64,000 bases of DNA from Escherichia coli (lineage in GTDB: Bacteria; Pseudomonadota; Gammaproteobacteria; Enterobacterales; Enterobacteriaceae): the NCBI RefSeq assembly GCF_024502345.1, contig NZ_JALDNN010000001.1; one strand, written 5' to 3'. Under the pieces are notes generated by a model. That model had not been told where the DNA came from. It saw nothing but the letters and a program-made list of their open reading frames with translations, and did not search any database. This document shows positions 60,926-64,000 of the stretch, one piece after another. The position numbers were made by a program, and so were the translations under genes. The number at the start of each line of letters is the position of its first letter. Within the stretch, counting starts at the first letter, position 1.

Positions 60926-62187
60926 CGAACACTCCTGATAACATCGCCCGCCAGATGCCACAGGCCATGACGACGTAAATGACGCCAGAGTAACTGGCGC
61001 AGCGGTGGAACAGGTTTATCACCCTGATCCCATAAATCGCGGGAAATATCCTGCATTAACGCAGGCCACGTACGGTACCATCCCGGGCGTTGCAAAAGCG
61101 CCGGAACATGCTGATAACGCTGTAGAACATCCCACAGCAGGCTGCGCTCGACGTTGTGATGATAAAGCGGAAACAGATTTTGCGGCTCGCGGTGCTGGCA
61201 GGCGCTTATCAGTGTTTGTGCCGCCGCCTGCGCGCCAGTTAGCGCCGTATCCATGCCGCGCACGGAAATTCCGGTATTGACGCAACTGCGCAACGCATCG
61301 CCTACCAGCAGCCAGCCGTTACCGGCGTATTGCACTGGCATACTGTGCAAGCCACCTTCTGGCACCAGATGCGCACCATACTCCAGTGATTCCGTGTTTT
61401 TGATAAGCGGGCGCACTGCCGGATGCGTTTTAAAGCGAGCCAGCAGCTCGCTTGCCGGAACACGACTTTGCGTAAGGGAAGAGAGCGGGCAAACAATCCC
61501 TAACGAGAGCGTTTGTTGATTAGTATAAAGAAATGCGCCGCCGGGAAAGTCATCACAGATTCCGCCGCTGAACAGCAACGCTGCGCCTTCGTTATTCTCC
61601 AGATGAAAACGTTCTTCAATAGCGGATGTTTCCAGCGACAGCACTTCTTTGATCCCCAACGCCATCGCTTCGCCAGCAGGACGAGTCACTAATCCGTGAC
61701 GTTCAGCCAGGACGCTGTTGGCACCTTCTGCCAGCACCACATAACGGGCGCGGAGAATATCGTCACCACAAATGACACCACACACCCTGCCGTTTTCTTC
61801 ATACAGTGCATTCACCGTCGCTCCGGGGATGCATTCGACACCTTCTTTTTCGGCTTCGGCAACCAGCCACGGATCGAACCGTGCACGTAATACACTCCAG
61901 GATTCACCGCCGGGCTGTAAGCTGGAAAATGTCGTTACGCCATCGGGCGTTAACAGGGAAAGGCTTTCGTGAGTGATGCGTCGTTCAAGAGGCGCGGTCA
62001 GATGAAATTGCGGGAGGAGTTCCGCGAGTGCATGGGTATATAACCGCCCGCCGGAAAGATTTTTGCTGCCGGGGATTTCAGCGCGTTCCAGTAACAAAAC
62101 GGATAAACCCGCTCGCGCGCAGCGTAACGCGCAAGCGGTGCCTGCAATACCGGCACCAATAATAATAATGTCGCAGTCGTCTTCCAT
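60916..62187 (-). CDS. ygcN: FAD-dependent oxidoreductase YgcN (FixC/ETF-QO-like, 423 aa)
   Basis: ORF 60916..62217; start set at MEDDCDIIIIGAGIAG (Rossmann FAD motif). Confidence 0.8.
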   Translation of the reverse strand: MEDDCDIIIIGAGIAGTACALRCARAGLSVLLLERAEIPGSKNLSGGRLYTHALAELLPQFHLTAPLERRITHESLSLLTPDGVTTFSSLQPGGESWSVLRARFDPWLVAEAEKEGVECIPGATVNALYEENGRVCGVICGDDILRARYVVLAEGANSVLAERHGLVTRPAGEAMALGIKEVLSLETSAIEERFHLENNEGAALLFSGGICDDFPGGAFLYTNQQTLSLGIVCPLSSLTQSRVPASELLARFKTHPAVRPLIKNTESLEYGAHLVPEGGLHSMPVQYAGNGWLLVGDALRSCVNTGISVRGMDTALTGAQAAAQTLISACQHREPQNLFPLYHHNVERSLLWDVLQRYQHVPALLQRPGWYRTWPALMQDISRDLWDQGDKPVPPLRQLLWRHLRRHGLWHLAGDVIRSVRCL

Positions 62188-62264
62188 GTCATGCCCCAGA
62201 TATCCAGAACACAACACCCTAACATAGCGTTACTTAAGGGAAATTGACCGCCGACACACTCTTA

Positions 62265-62630
62265 TCATTCGCCGCGATAGATACAACCAGCGGTGCAGGT
62301 TTCTTTTACCATCACCGCACTTAACAGCGGCACAACGGGTTTAACCTGATCCCAAATCCATTTTGCTAAAACTTCGCTGGTCGGGTTTTCCAGGCCTGGA
62401 ATATCATTGAGATAATGGTGATCGAGGCGCTCATAAGTTGGCTTAAACGCTGCTTTCAGTTCAGCGAAATCGATAACCCAGCCCGTATGCGGATCGACTT
62501 CCCCGGTAATTTCCAGTCGCACCATAAAGGAATGCCCGTGCAGGCGACCACATTTATGCCCTTCCGGGACGTGTGGTAAGCGGTGAGCGGCTTCGAAGGT
62601 GAAATCTTTAAATAACGTGGTGGACATCAT
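62265..62630 (-). CDS. queD: 6-carboxy-5,6,7,8-tetrahydropterin synthase QueD (YgcM, 121 aa)
   Basis: ORF 62265..62714; start set at [33 protein letters not shown] (zinc-binding CxxxHGH). Confidence 0.88.
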   Translation of the reverse strand: MMSTTLFKDFTFEAAHRLPHVPEGHKCGRLHGHSFMVRLEITGEVDPHTGWVIDFAELKAAFKPTYERLDHHYLNDIPGLENPTSEVLAKWIWDQVKPVVPLLSAVMVKETCTAGCIYRGE

Positions 62631-62945
62631 AATTTCTCTACAGGACGATAAAACCGCCGTAGAGTACCGGAAAGGCTGTTTTTTCGCATTATCTAAAACG
62701 ACTTTGTTGCGCAAAATCGCTGATTTATCTTAATGATTGGCTAAATTCATTTGTTTTTCATTAGGTTGGTTAATCTATTTTGTTGTTAAAGACTATTGCT
62801 AAAACAGGTTAGTCGATTTGGTTATTAGTTATCGCTATCCCGTCTTTAATCCACACCGTTCACCCCGTTAACCTTACCTTCTCTTCTGTTTTATGGGCGC
62901 TGACAGGGCGCAGAAACAGCTTTGCTTACTGGAACATAACGACGC

Positions 62946-64000
62946 ATGACGACACAGGTCCCACCTTCCGCGTTGCTTCCGTTGAACCCGGAGCAACTGG
63001 CACGCCTTCAGGCGGCCACGACCGATTTAACTCCCACCCAGCTTGCCTGGGTTTCTGGCTATTTCTGGGGCGTGCTCAATCAGCAGCCTGCTGCGCTTGC
63101 AGCAACGCCAGCGCCAGCCGCAGAAATGCCGGGTATAACTATTATCTCCGCCTCGCAAACCGGCAATGCGCGCCGGGTTGCTGAAGCATTACGTGATGAT
63201 TTATTAGCGGCAAAACTGAACGTTAAGCTGGTGAACGCGGGCGACTATAAATTCAAACAAATCGCCAGCGAAAAACTGCTTATCGTGGTGACGTCAACGC
63301 AAGGAGAAGGGGAACCGCCGGAAGAAGCCGTCGCGCTGCATAAGTTCCTGTTCTCCAAAAAAGCGCCGAAGCTGCAAAACACCGCATTTGCCGTGTTTAG
63401 CCTCGGCGATAGCTCTTATGAATTTTTCTGCCAGTCCGGGAAAGATTTTGACAGCAAGCTGGCGGAACTGGGCGGTGAACGCCTGCTCGACCGTGTCGAT
63501 GCCGACGTTGAATACCAGACCGCTGCCAGCGAGTGGCGCGCTCGCGTGGTTGATGCGCTTAAATCGCGTGCGCCTGTCGCGGCACCTTCGCAATCCGTCG
63601 CTACTGGCGCGGTAAATGAAATCCACACCAGCCCGTACAGCAAAGACTCGCCGCTGGTGGCGAGCCTCTCTGTTAACCAGAAAATTACCGGGCGTAACTC
63701 TGAAAAAGACGTTCGCCATATCGAAATTGACTTAGGTGACTCGGGCCTGCGTTACCAGCCGGGTGACGCGCTGGGCGTCTGGTATCAGAACGATCCGGCA
63801 CTGGTGAAAGAACTTGTCGAACTGCTGTGGCTGAAAGGCGATGAACCTGTCACCGTCGAGGGCAAAACGTTGCCTCTGAACGAAGCGCTACAGTGGCACT
63901 TCGAACTGACCGTCAACACCGCCAATATTGTTGAGAACTATGCCACGCTTACCCGCAGCGAAACGCTGTTGCCGCTGGTGGGCGATAAAGCGAAGTTACA
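62946..64000 (+). CDS. cysJ: Sulfite reductase [NADPH] flavoprotein alpha-component CysJ, N-terminal part (3' end outside the window)
   Basis: ATG at 62946; hand translation [42 protein letters not shown]... stays open to the window edge; absent from the ORF track only because it has no stop in the window. Confidence 0.9.
   Translation, partial: MTTQVPPSALLPLNPEQLARLQAATTDLTPTQLAWVSGYFWGVLNQQPAALAATPAPAAEMPGITIISASQTGNARRVAEALRDDLLAAKLNVKLVNAGDYKFKQIASEKLLIVVTSTQGEGEPPEEAVALHKFLFSKKAPKLQNTAFAVFSLGDSSYEFFCQSGKDFDSKLAELGGERLLDRVDADVEYQTAASEWRARVVDALKSRAPVAAPSQSVATGAVNEIHTSPYSKDSPLVASLSVNQKITGRNSEKDVRHIEIDLGDSGLRYQPGDALGVWYQNDPALVKELVELLWLKGDEPVTVEGKTLPLNEALQWHFELTVNTANIVENYATLTRSETLLPLVGDKAKL

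Overview
Read by translating the supplied ORFs and recognising products from memory; no database search was run. The window looks like an Escherichia coli K-12-like chromosomal segment running recB to cysJ, in reverse orientation relative to conventional K-12 numbering. Most of it is well-characterised core genome: recBD, argA, amiC, three tandem initiator tRNA-Met genes, mltA, the csd genes, gcvA with the GcvB sRNA, the fucose regulon, sdaCB, the CsrB sRNA, gudPXD, barA, relA-mazEF-mazG, pyrG-eno, queE/queD and the start of cysJ. I found no IS elements, integrases or prophage genes. The accessory part is 49.7-62.2 kb: a 14-repeat type I-E CRISPR array with no cas genes in the window, a degenerate second array, and the functionally uncharacterised ygc cluster. 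The ygc cluster is the best candidate for an undescribed system: it encodes a kinase, two MFS transporters, dehydrogenases, an ETF/FixABCX-like electron-transfer module and a GlpP-like antiterminator, with a strong terminator hairpin sitting in the ygcW leader. One apparent lesion stands out: an in-frame TGA interrupts xni. All coordinates for RNA and regulatory features are approximate to a few bases.
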